64,000 nt of DNA from NCBI GenBank assembly GCA_016186995.1, contig JACPKQ010000005.1, forward strand, positions 2,593-66,592. Reading direction: 5' to 3'. Position numbers and translations under genes: made by a program. Source of the DNA: Deltaproteobacteria bacterium (GTDB taxonomy: Bacteria > Bdellovibrionota > JACOXK01). This document shows positions 1 through 8,371 of this stretch, one piece after another. Every line of letters begins with the position of its first letter. The stretch's first letter is position 1. A model generated the notes under the pieces. That model was not told where the DNA came from and searched no databases. It was given only the letters and a program-made list of their open reading frames with translations.

Positions 1-189
1 TCAAGATCAATGGTGTTGGTGGGTGTGCTTGGTGTCTTTTTAATGGGGTGTGGCCAGACAAGTACCCCAGGATTGGAACAAACAAATCAAGCAATTACTG
101 AAACCGGGAATACGAGTGACCAAGAGCAACAAAGAACGACTACTTTGATGCACCAACAAGAAGAAAGCCTTTTACTATTGTATCAGTAA
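1..189 (+). CDS. small putative lipoprotein (frame open from window start; ATG at 10)
   Basis: Hand translation MVLVGVLGVFLMGCGQTSTPG...LLLLYQ*, hydrophobic stretch ending in lipobox-like FLMG-C; TAA at 187-189. Confidence 0.5.
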   Translation, partial: SRSMVLVGVLGVFLMGCGQTSTPGLEQTNQAITETGNTSDQEQQRTTTLMHQQEESLLLLYQ

Positions 190-278
190 CTGAAGCTGGC
201 TTAGCTCAAATGGATCAGAATTAGACAAATTTTCTTTTCTAGTGGCAGTAAAAATTATTATTAAATTATTTTTTGATT

Positions 279-812
279 TTAGCTTTTTTTATTAATTTTA
301 TACTCTTTTGTACCATTGTGTAATTGGAATCCTATACCACCCCATGGTATTGATTTCCCATCAGCTCTGATTAAATATGTAAATTCCAGAAACCATGAAA
401 GTCCATTATTTGACCAAAACTGGAGCCCAACTCCTGGATTGAAATACCAAGTATTTACTTTATCATAAAAAGTTGTTCCAACATCTCCTGTGAACCCTTT
501 TCTTCCTTCTTTGCCAGATAAATAACCAACAGAAAATGTACCATAGGGTGAAGTTGATTTTTTATAAAAGGCATGTCCCTTCAAAGAAGTATAAAGAGCA
601 TGTTTATAGAATGCAGTACCTGCCCCTGCTCCCAAGCTCATCCAATCAGTAAAATGATGATCTGCTCTAATTCCAAGTCCCACACCGGATCCTAGTAATG
701 TTTGAACCTACCCCGCATGGGTTATAGACTTTCGGTTGATGGGTTCAGTATATCCATAAATCGTAAAAAATAACAGATTGCTTATCAATACAATAGCAAT
801 GATTCTGTACAT
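279..812 (-). pseudogene. outer-membrane beta-barrel-like protein interrupted by an in-frame TAG at 708-710
   Basis: ATG at 812 gives signal-like MYRIIAIVLISNLLFFTIYG...HAG*VQTLLGSG, in frame with the 279..683 ORF, which has alternating aromatic/Gly beta-strand patterns. Confidence 0.6.
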
Positions 813-1293
813 AAAAAAATTATGACATTGGTGACCTAAAAAATCTACAATATTTTATTTCATGGTCTCAATTTATATAACATCCCTATTTTGGACTTAC
901 TTTTTTATAGGTGTTTTTCAAGTGGTAAGGTTTTTCAATCCCTCAATAACTACCCTCTGGCTGGTGGAAGTATGTACTGAAGTCCTTAGTGCAGTTCGGC
1001 CTAGACTTTGGAATGGGAACGACAGGCTTTGTACCATCTTATTAGTAATTGCCCCCAAGCCTTTTTCAAAAGAAGTTAGCCACTCAATAACGCACCGCCA
1101 GAGAATGGTATCGATGCAGAAGAAAAATGCATCTCTACCTTCATGGAGGGGATAATAGAAACCGTCGTGTGGAGTTCAATCTATTTTAAAGCCCGATGCT
1201 CACTTAAAAGCGCAAAATGGAGAGTATCTGTGTGATTGAGACTAAGACACTTTTGAGTATTTATGGCCACAACGTTTTTGATAGATGGTAAAG

Positions 1294-1920
1294 CTAACTC
1301 GAATTTAATGGGTATCTCATAAGAAGATATACTGTGTAAATCGTTATAACCAGAACAATGGAAAAGAAAAATGTAATAAAAAATATTAATTGGAGCTGAT
1401 AATTCTCCAAATTTCCTTTAAATCCCAAACAAATAGCAGTGACTATTAGAAATAAGGAATTGATAATAATCGACCTCCAAACCCATTTTTGGTTTTCTTT
1501 TTGATTCCTTTCACATATTTTATAGTTTTCTCGATCTATATCTTCTTTTTCAAATGTTTGTTGAAGTGTCTTATTTTCTTTAAAAACCTGATTTTGAATT
1601 ATTTTTTCTCTTATTTTGTTTAAAATTTTAGTTGTGATCGGTACGTTTAATAGAGCATCAATTTCTGGTAAAACGTATTTCTTTAGTATGTCATTCTTAT
1701 TACAAATTTCCCGATAAAAAATTAATTCATGCCATTTTACAATACGCTTTGCTTCTTGGAGCCTTTGGCTGGCAAAGACATAGATGGCAGCAACCACAGC
1801 CATTATGGCGGCTGTTCCCTGGAGAGCCGCGCTGATAAAGTACAAATACGCTTGCTCATCCATATATGTCTTTTTAACCCCTCTATTCCTTTCTATATCA
1901 CCTTGAATTGTTTGATTCAA
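1294..1920 (-). CDS. hypothetical membrane protein (N- and C-terminal TM helices)
   Basis: 208-aa ORF, hydrophobic segments at about aa 25-50 and 150-203; no family recognised. Confidence 0.6.
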   Translation of the reverse strand: MNQTIQGDIERNRGVKKTYMDEQAYLYFISAALQGTAAIMAVVAAIYVFASQRLQEAKRIVKWHELIFYREICNKNDILKKYVLPEIDALLNVPITTKILNKIREKIIQNQVFKENKTLQQTFEKEDIDRENYKICERNQKENQKWVWRSIIINSLFLIVTAICLGFKGNLENYQLQLIFFITFFFSIVLVITIYTVYLLMRYPLNSS

Positions 1921-2154
1921 ATTGGGAAGACTATAAGAAGTATTTAGGACAAAAGCTATAATTGCAAAATTTTCAGTGTTTTGGACTTAGATGCTAATTT
2001 GGTGTCTGTAAAAAAGGCACCTTTAAGATGATGCGCACATTATCCTTTTGACTTCAAACTGAGTAGTTATTGAAAGTCCAAGCTTGTTTCCTGATGATCC
2101 GTTTATAAACGTATCATCTTGACGCTAACATAGTGTATTGTTAAATACACACTA

Positions 2155-2862
2155 ATGCTCATTGGACGTTTTGAAGGTAGTTATCTAAGAATTGTGACCG
2201 CATGGATCTTGATATTTTTTTTACACTTTGGATCATCTACAGTCCTGGCAGGTACCTGGTCTCGTATATCAGAAACAGTTCTCAAATTTGAGGGGGAAGT
2301 AATCAAGGGTGACATTGAACGCTTTGTGGAAATTTATAAGCCAACTGATAGAGCGCTTATTGTTAACTCAAAGGGTGGCGATGCACAAATAGGTGTAAAA
2401 CTTGGTATTATTCTCCATGAAAAAAATATTGACGTCATCGTAGATGGTATTTGTGCATCCTCTTGTGCAAATTATATTTTCATTGCGGCACAAAATAAGA
2501 ATATACGTTCAGGTATTGTTGGATATCATGGTAACATTACAGCTTTTTTAAAATTTGATTGGGAAAAGACGGCTAAAGAATTGAAAGAGGAACAAGGCAT
2601 GAATGATGAGCAAGTTGAACTCTTTAGACAGCAGTTAGAACAATCTAGTAGACTTGAACAAGATTTTTTGGTCGATGTAGGCGTTTCACAAGACCTTTTT
2701 GACCGGAGTCAGCAATCAGACAAGGGCAAGGGAGATGGAGAAAACTATGCACTTTTTTTACCTTCTCCTGAAAGTTTCGAGAAATACGGGATTGCAAACG
2801 TGACTGGCAATCAAGATTTAGTATTTGCTCAACAGTTAAAAGTTAAAATGCTTTATGAGTGA
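2155..2862 (+). CDS. exported ClpP/crotonase-fold protein
   Basis: Motifs LIVNSKGGD and CASSCANYIF typical of periplasmic ClpP-like proteins; signal-like N-terminus; TTGACG-N17-TAAATA upstream. Confidence 0.7.
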   Translation: MLIGRFEGSYLRIVTAWILIFFLHFGSSTVLAGTWSRISETVLKFEGEVIKGDIERFVEIYKPTDRALIVNSKGGDAQIGVKLGIILHEKNIDVIVDGICASSCANYIFIAAQNKNIRSGIVGYHGNITAFLKFDWEKTAKELKEEQGMNDEQVELFRQQLEQSSRLEQDFLVDVGVSQDLFDRSQQSDKGKGDGENYALFLPSPESFEKYGIANVTGNQDLVFAQQLKVKMLYE

Positions 2863-2894
2863 AGCTCCCCGACGCTTGCGTCGGGGAGCTTCAC
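2859..2894. terminator. perfect 16-bp GC-rich hairpin (terminator or REP-like)
   Basis: GTGAAGCTCCCCGACG-cttg-CGTCGGGGAGCTTCAC overlapping the upstream stop codon. Confidence 0.7.
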
Positions 2895-2909
2895 TTAAAA
2901 AATAGCTAA

Positions 2910-4361
2910 TTGACAATTAAAATTTATTTTTACATACTTTGCCCCTCAATGAGGGGCATAAGGCAGTTAATGTTAGTTTTCTTCTTGAGTTTTCTTTCAA
3001 CTCATTTATTTTCCGCGCAATCCTTTTCCACGCAATCCTATGTTTCATTAAATACAGATTCAAATGCTTTACTCACATCCGTTAAAATCTTTGAAAGTTT
3101 AGCTTCTGCTAGAAAAATCGAAGTTCAAGTTTCAGATAAAAAAAGCTTAGCGGAGTTAAAGCTCTTAAGCTTTGAACCTTATGTGTTACCCTGGGAAGGC
3201 AATGTCGCTCTCATTTATAAAGGGCAAGCTCCTTCCAAAAATGCGCTTCAAATAAGCTCTGAAAGTGAGTTTTTAAGCTCATTGAAACAGGCATTCTCTT
3301 TTGATTCAGTTAAAGAACAAGGATTTGTTTATGAATTGGCTCAGGAAAATGGAACAAAAGACATCTTTGTTCTGTTAGTAGCCAAATCAAAAAATGAATT
3401 GACGATTTCTCTCTATAAGAATTCTCTAACATCCATCCTCGAAACGGCTCATTTTTCTAAAAAAGATTTTTCTGAGTTGAATTTTCAAGTGAAACTTGCT
3501 GACCTTCTTGTAAAGAATACATTTAGTAGAAATGATATTAACTGGGATAGAGTGAAGGGTGAGTTGAAAAATGTAAATAAAGCCTCTTTATATACATTCT
3601 CACAAATTGACTCTGAGAAAAAAATAAAACAGAGTGCGGTTTATGATTTTAAAGTCTTGACGGATGGCCCACTGTCAGTTTCAGGTTCTCCGACCTTAGA
3701 TAGTTTTTTAACCCAAGCAAGTTTTGTTAAAAAAGGCGTAAAATTTGTGCTTTCATTAAGACGGATGGTTGTTTCAGGGCAGTCAGAACTTCTTGCTTAT
3801 TTAAAAGAAAATTTTATTCGGGATTCCAATATCATTAATGATGATAAAGATTTACTCGCCAAAGTTTCTGATACATTTAACAGTGAAGCTAAAAGTGTAA
3901 AATTTAAATTTTTAAAAGCTGATTTGGAAAAAGCCATTCTATTAGTAGACGATGTTTCAATCGGAAATGCGGTGGATTCCATCATCGCCTATTTCGAACC
4001 TTTTTCATGGGAAATGATGCCGCTGAATTTGAGAGATCGAAGTGATTTAGTCGATGGATTAAAAGATGTGATTGTAAGTGCTATGCGTCTTGGCATTCAA
4101 GACGTTGAACTTTTGTCCCTTGCAGATCAGTTCTTAAATCCGTCCAAATCTGCATCTCCCTTTAACCCTGAAGGATTTCAAGCACTGAATGCACCAAAAG
4201 ATACAATCATTAGCAGAAAAAGAGTAAACTTGAGTGAAATGATGCCAGCGTATTTATCTGCCTTACTCAGCGTGATCGATAAAACGATTTTTGTGGATCT
4301 GTATGTTGGGGCCATCAACGGCAAAGTCAAGCAGTGGATACAAATTGGGAGTGAGTCATGA
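2910..4361 (+). CDS. hypothetical secreted protein
   Basis: 483-aa ORF with signal-peptide-like LMLVFFLSFLSTHLFSA; stop overlaps next start (ATGA). Confidence 0.7.
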   Translation: MTIKIYFYILCPSMRGIRQLMLVFFLSFLSTHLFSAQSFSTQSYVSLNTDSNALLTSVKIFESLASARKIEVQVSDKKSLAELKLLSFEPYVLPWEGNVALIYKGQAPSKNALQISSESEFLSSLKQAFSFDSVKEQGFVYELAQENGTKDIFVLLVAKSKNELTISLYKNSLTSILETAHFSKKDFSELNFQVKLADLLVKNTFSRNDINWDRVKGELKNVNKASLYTFSQIDSEKKIKQSAVYDFKVLTDGPLSVSGSPTLDSFLTQASFVKKGVKFVLSLRRMVVSGQSELLAYLKENFIRDSNIINDDKDLLAKVSDTFNSEAKSVKFKFLKADLEKAILLVDDVSIGNAVDSIIAYFEPFSWEMMPLNLRDRSDLVDGLKDVIVSAMRLGIQDVELLSLADQFLNPSKSASPFNPEGFQALNAPKDTIISRKRVNLSEMMPAYLSALLSVIDKTIFVDLYVGAINGKVKQWIQIGSES

Positions 4362-5311
4362 CAGCTTTCAAAAAAAAAATGGGCTTTTTGATGTTGCTCA
4401 CATCATTTTGTTTCATCACAGCTTGTAGTAAATATTCCACGACCAATCATTTGTATCCAGAAATTCAAACTCCTGAATTAAAAATTTATGCGGCGATGCT
4501 TGTCATCCACGAATTGCTTCAAGCCAATGGGGGAGCGCAATCTTTGTCTCTTACCGTGACTCAATCACAGGAATTGAGTCTTCATCATTATAACAGTGGT
4601 GCAAAACCTGCATTTAGTCAAACGTATCCGAGGGTTCACAGTTGGTTTCATGCCAATGTTGTGACGGTTGACGGAGCAGGTTTGTCTTCTCCTCTCTCCG
4701 TTGCAGGACATGCTTGGAGGGAGCAGAGGGGGTATATAGATAAGCCCGGCAAATTGGGTGCCCCTGTACATAATCAATCGCAAGCTGGGCTTTTAAGTAG
4801 CAATCGATTGTCGGATATTTCAGGCAGTTCTTATTCCAAGTTGGCGGCGGAGCCCGTTGAATATCTCGATTCTGTCAATTTAAAGAGACATTCGTTTTGG
4901 ACTCACCATTCGTTTTGGACTCAATATTATGGCCAAGTTCCTCAAAGTTTAGCGACGGTTACAAAAGGTGTTTTTTATTCACATACCATTGGATTTACAG
5001 AACCGACAGCGCCTGTGACCCTGGCTTATTATCCGAATGGCCCATTCCAGGGAACAATTCCTTCTTATACGGTGGATTCGCTAAAAACGCCGGTTACTCG
5101 CATTTTAGACAGTAATGGCCAGCTCTACACAGACACCGCTGCACGCATGATCGTAGACGGGGCAGTGGATAGTGTGAATAATGAGGTGGTCGCGGTCATT
5201 GAGTTCGGCAGCTATCAGTACGGTCGTTTTTTCATTCGAAATTTGAACCAAGCGACTTCAATGCTTGAACTCAATTTACTCAGCACTCCTCAGAAGAAAA
5301 CAACTCCGTAA
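4358..5311 (+). CDS. hypothetical lipoprotein
   Basis: 317-aa ORF, lipobox-like FITA-C; translationally coupled to the previous gene. Confidence 0.7.
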   Translation: MTAFKKKMGFLMLLTSFCFITACSKYSTTNHLYPEIQTPELKIYAAMLVIHELLQANGGAQSLSLTVTQSQELSLHHYNSGAKPAFSQTYPRVHSWFHANVVTVDGAGLSSPLSVAGHAWREQRGYIDKPGKLGAPVHNQSQAGLLSSNRLSDISGSSYSKLAAEPVEYLDSVNLKRHSFWTHHSFWTQYYGQVPQSLATVTKGVFYSHTIGFTEPTAPVTLAYYPNGPFQGTIPSYTVDSLKTPVTRILDSNGQLYTDTAARMIVDGAVDSVNNEVVAVIEFGSYQYGRFFIRNLNQATSMLELNLLSTPQKKTTP

Positions 5312-5644
5312 GTCTCTTTCATTAAAATCAGAGTCTGGGAACGATCTGCCTAGACTATGAAACGAAGGTTACAGCCTGAGTACCATCCTGTTTTTAAGGG
5401 GACAAAATTTTTCTACCCTTCAATAACTGCCTTTTCAGAGTCGAAGTAGATGCGGAAAATATTTCCTAAAAATCCAAGTCGTTAACTGATTGAGCATTTT
5501 GGGACAGCGACAGACTGCAATTCATCTTATTTTTTTGTCGGAAGAGATTTTTCAGTAGTGCTCCAGAGATAACAAATAACATTTCCTATCGACGCCACTT
5601 TCGATTAGGAATTTGACCATTCCTTAATTTTGTTTTTCCTCTTC

Positions 5645-5694
5645 AACCTCTTTTTTGTTGTCCATCCTTGGGTGAGACAACAAAAAAGGAGGTT
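5645..5694 (+). promoter_or_regulatory. 18-bp hairpin sequestering a strong Shine-Dalgarno
   Basis: AACCTC-TTTTTTGTTGTC (5645-5662) pairs with GACAACAAAAAA-g-GAGGTT (5676-5694); AGGAGG lies in the right arm just upstream of ATG 5700. Confidence 0.6.
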
Positions 5695-5699
5695 CTCAG

Positions 5700-5816
5700 A
5701 TGACAAACAAAACAAATCAAAAGTATCAAATCCCTACTTATCTCAAGTGGATAGCGGTATCGGCAGCATGCTTGATCTTAAAGCTCATCATTGATGTCTG
5801 CTTTCTGCCGCTGTAA
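5700..5816 (+). CDS. 38-aa single-TM peptide (not in ORF track)
   Basis: MTNKTNQKYQIPTYLKWIAVSAACLILKLIIDVCFLPL*, strong SD upstream, terminator immediately downstream. Confidence 0.6.
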   Translation: MTNKTNQKYQIPTYLKWIAVSAACLILKLIIDVCFLPL

Positions 5817-5819
5817 TTC

Positions 5820-5864
5820 AAAGGCAGGCTTCGGGGGACTCAAAGCTCCTGGAGCCTGCTTTTT
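5820..5864 (+). terminator. intrinsic terminator after the 38-aa peptide
   Basis: AAAGGCAGGCTTC ... GGAGCCTGCTTTT stem (with G-U pairs) ending in a T run. Confidence 0.55.
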
Positions 5865-5898
5865 ACTGCTCAAATTCTCAATACTAGGTATTATCAAT

Positions 5899-5963
5899 CC
5901 ATCCACGTAAGGGAATATATCCCTTGCCAGCACGTGTTCGCATACTATAGCCTGGGCTCCAAA
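5899..5963. repeat. 65-bp perfect direct repeat, copy 1
   Basis: CCATCCACGTAAGGGAATATATCCCTTGCC...GCCTGGGCTCCAAA identical to 8301-8365; a further 22-bp block at 5839-5860 matches 8275-8296 with one mismatch. Confidence 0.95.
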
Positions 5964-5976
5964 CTTTTTTTGCCTT

Positions 5977-6000
5977 GTCATTCCCGCTTTCGCGGGAATC
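5977..6000 (+). repeat. GTCAT-tagged palindrome (intergenic)
   Basis: GTCATTCCCGC-TTTC-GCGGGAATC. Confidence 0.9.
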
Positions 6001-6055
6001 TATACTGGAGACATAGGTTACACGTCTTACCACTCCCGCAAAAACGAAAAAGCCA

Positions 6056-6505
6056 TCAAGCGGCTAATTTTTTAGCATCAAATTTTAATGCATACTCTTT
6101 CTTAGATGATTTTTCTTCTAGGCTCTCATAAAGATGTGCTATTTCTTTTGGTTTAGCATTTAATTGAAAAAGTACATATAAACGAATATCTTTTTCTGTT
6201 GCCCAGGCCACATCAGTAGATTTATTTTTTGTTTTTTCCCATTTAATAACGCCTGCATGGGTTACATAAAATCGATTAGCGAACTCTGTTAAAGTCATCT
6301 CAAAATAATGACGGATAAATTTAATCTCATTTCCAGTTAATTTTGCGGGTTTCCAACAAAGTGCTTCCAAAACAATATCAGCTAGAAGATCATAGTTAAT
6401 ATTTGGTGTCCATTTTCCTCGCACTTTTATCATAGGTACATTTAAAAGTTGAATGGGGAATCCAAACCCATAATCAATGAATACTTTTTGAATTTTCTTG
6501 TCCAT
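6056..6505 (-). CDS. HTH antitoxin-like protein (MqsA-type Xre HTH)
   Basis: LTGNEIKFIRHYFEMTLTEFANRFYVTHAGVIKWE HTH; directly downstream of the DUF4258-like gene. Confidence 0.75.
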   Translation of the reverse strand: MDKKIQKVFIDYGFGFPIQLLNVPMIKVRGKWTPNINYDLLADIVLEALCWKPAKLTGNEIKFIRHYFEMTLTEFANRFYVTHAGVIKWEKTKNKSTDVAWATEKDIRLYVLFQLNAKPKEIAHLYESLEEKSSKKEYALKFDAKKLAA

Positions 6506-6820
6506 TTATCCTCCTAAATTTAAATCAATGGCTGTGATGATAAGTATGTTGTACTCGATGACAATAATAATTCTCAGCTCTCTTCCATCAAGCGTTTTCC
6601 CTCGAACTGCATAATCCCAACTGTTATAGGCTTTATCAAAGGTGTCTTTGCTTTTTTCATGATAGCCTCGTTTTAGTACCTGAACGATTTCCATACGACT
6701 AATCTGCCGTTCAAGTTGTCTCTCAAAAGCGTGTCTCGTATCCAAGTATCGGCCCTGCTGAAGATAACGATGAACTTCGTTCATCAAGTTAGAAATCTTT
6801 GGGGGCCGTTTCACTTTCAT
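6506..6820 (-). CDS. DUF4258-like protein, putative type II toxin
   Basis: TRHAFERQLERQIS, YAVRGKTLDGRELRIII and IITAID patterns; toxin-then-HTH gene order. Confidence 0.7.
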   Translation of the reverse strand: MKVKRPPKISNLMNEVHRYLQQGRYLDTRHAFERQLERQISRMEIVQVLKRGYHEKSKDTFDKAYNSWDYAVRGKTLDGRELRIIIVIEYNILIITAIDLNLGG

Positions 6821-6849
6821 AATGTAACTCAGTTACAATTATGTGTCAA
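6818..6849 (-). promoter_or_regulatory. sigma70 promoter with overlapping palindromic operator
   Basis: Minus strand TTGACA-N17-TACATT; palindrome CATAAT-GTAACT-C-AGTTAC-A-ATTATG spans spacer and -10. Confidence 0.75.
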
Positions 6850-7012
6850 GGCGTTTCCTTATTTCAGGTTATACATTTTTCACGCCAACCCAAAACATCA
6901 AAAATAGTTAGGAAAAACAAACCTAAGATCAATAGGTTGCCATAATTATTCTTACTAACGTTCTCTTAAACTTCAGATGGTGATATAATACAGACAAAGG
7001 GGATGTCCTCCC

Positions 7013-7213
7013 ATGAAATTCTTAAAAATTAGTATTATTAGTATATTCATTCTATCCCTATTTTCTTGTAGTAGCAGAGATATTCCATCACCACGTGCTA
7101 CACTTCCACAACCTTTAACGGAAACGGAGATCCAAAAACTAATAGACCTTGAACAGCGTGCACGTGATTTGGAACAAAGATTCATTCAATTAGAAAATGA
7201 GGTGTCTCAATGA
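7013..7213 (+). CDS. small lipoprotein with coiled coil
   Basis: Lipobox LFS-C; heptad LIDLEQRARDLEQRFIQLE. Confidence 0.65.
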   Translation: MKFLKISIISIFILSLFSCSSRDIPSPRATLPQPLTETEIQKLIDLEQRARDLEQRFIQLENEVSQ

Positions 7214-8012
7214 TAGAAAAAAAACCAATATCTTTCATTCTAGCTGGTTAACAGTAATTATTGTTGCAATAATTATAATGTTTATTCCAAAATTTATTCT
7301 ATCTCACTCAGGTCGAACAGATAGCAGCGGATGTCATACTAATAGAACAATAGGAGAATATCACTGTCATAATGCACCAAGTGTTACTCCGCCTCCAGCA
7401 GCAGAACGAGTTCCGCCAGCCCCAGAGACTGTTCCGGCTATAGAATCTTCTCCAGAATCTCCACCACCAGTAAAATTTTCTCCTGAACAAAGATTATTAC
7501 GATTGGAACAGCTCCTTGACAGATTAGAACAGAAATTACCTGAACTTGAAAAGTGTCTCTCTAAAACTTCAAAAATAATAATTGATAAATCGACAATAAA
7601 TGCATTTCATAATGATTATAGACGTGATCCAGGCCTAACTATTGACAATAATAGAGGCACTTTTTGGCATTCAGACAATATGACCGGTGGTGAAAGAAAA
7701 TGGCTTGCCTATGAATTTCCTGAAACTATTACGATTTCTGCTATTGAATTAATTAATGATTATGTAAATTTCTATGCCATGGGTGAGTTAAAGATTATAA
7801 TATCTCAAGATTCAACAAATGGAGAAGATGGGACTTGGACAATCATAAAACAAATCCCTGGCGACACAGACTTTCCCAATGGCGAAAGTAAGATCATTTT
7901 TGATTCACTAGTTTCTGCGAAGTGGGTAAAACTTGAAATGACATTTCAAGGTCGTGGTGCTCATGGCAGTACGCCAGCATTTTATCTATCTGAAATTAAT
8001 TTCTTTAAATAA
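7197..8012 (+). CDS. YHYH-motif protein with Pro-rich linker and C-terminal discoidin (F5/8 type C)-like domain; start uncertain
   Basis: HSGRTDSSGCHTNRTIGEYHCHN motif; W..xF....I..I.L discoidin-like pattern. Confidence 0.7.
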   Translation: MRCLNDRKKTNIFHSSWLTVIIVAIIIMFIPKFILSHSGRTDSSGCHTNRTIGEYHCHNAPSVTPPPAAERVPPAPETVPAIESSPESPPPVKFSPEQRLLRLEQLLDRLEQKLPELEKCLSKTSKIIIDKSTINAFHNDYRRDPGLTIDNNRGTFWHSDNMTGGERKWLAYEFPETITISAIELINDYVNFYAMGELKIIISQDSTNGEDGTWTIIKQIPGDTDFPNGESKIIFDSLVSAKWVKLEMTFQGRGAHGSTPAFYLSEINFFK

Positions 8013-8300
8013 TCGGAGGGATTCGGCGTTACTTGCAATAACAGAAGTTGGCGTACGTTCAACACCTCATTGGATAGAAAAGTGCATTTGAAGTTGGCTT
8101 TGGGATATTTAAGATTGACGTATCACTACGTTACTCATGTTTTGAAAATACCAACAGTGTAGTTGGTACAAATACTGGGGAGCAGTCATTCATCGATACC
8201 TAATGAACTGATGGTAAAAAAATGTTGGAGTTTTACAAGAAGTCTATTACCCATCCTTGGTATTAATCAATATCCTCAAGGCTCCTGGAGCCTGCTCGGG

Positions 8301-8365
8301 CCATCCACGTAAGGGAATATATCCCTTGCCAGCACGTGTTCGCATACTATAGCCTGGGCTCCAAA
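8301..8365. repeat. 65-bp perfect direct repeat, copy 2 (just 3' of truA)
   Basis: Identical to 5899-5963. Confidence 0.95.
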
Positions 8366-8371
8366 TATTTT

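Noticed and set aside
708-710. Genome-wide TAG recoding
   Set aside because: Other genes translate fully under the standard code and the 1294 ORF appears to end in TAG; one instance is not evidence
862-1155. 97-aa plus-strand ORF
   Set aside because: No SD, motif or convincing composition; the antisense frames are also unrecognisable
5588-5620. Minus-strand MVKFLIESGVD resembling an ankyrin repeat
   Set aside because: Only 11 residues in a 22-codon frame; chance match is likely
8275-8365. Direct repeat as ZTP riboswitch, tRNA-Sec or 6S RNA
   Set aside because: GCCTGGGC is present but the GACTGGCG and GGGGAGC elements are not on that strand; no T-loop or anticodon arm; no long 6S-type duplex
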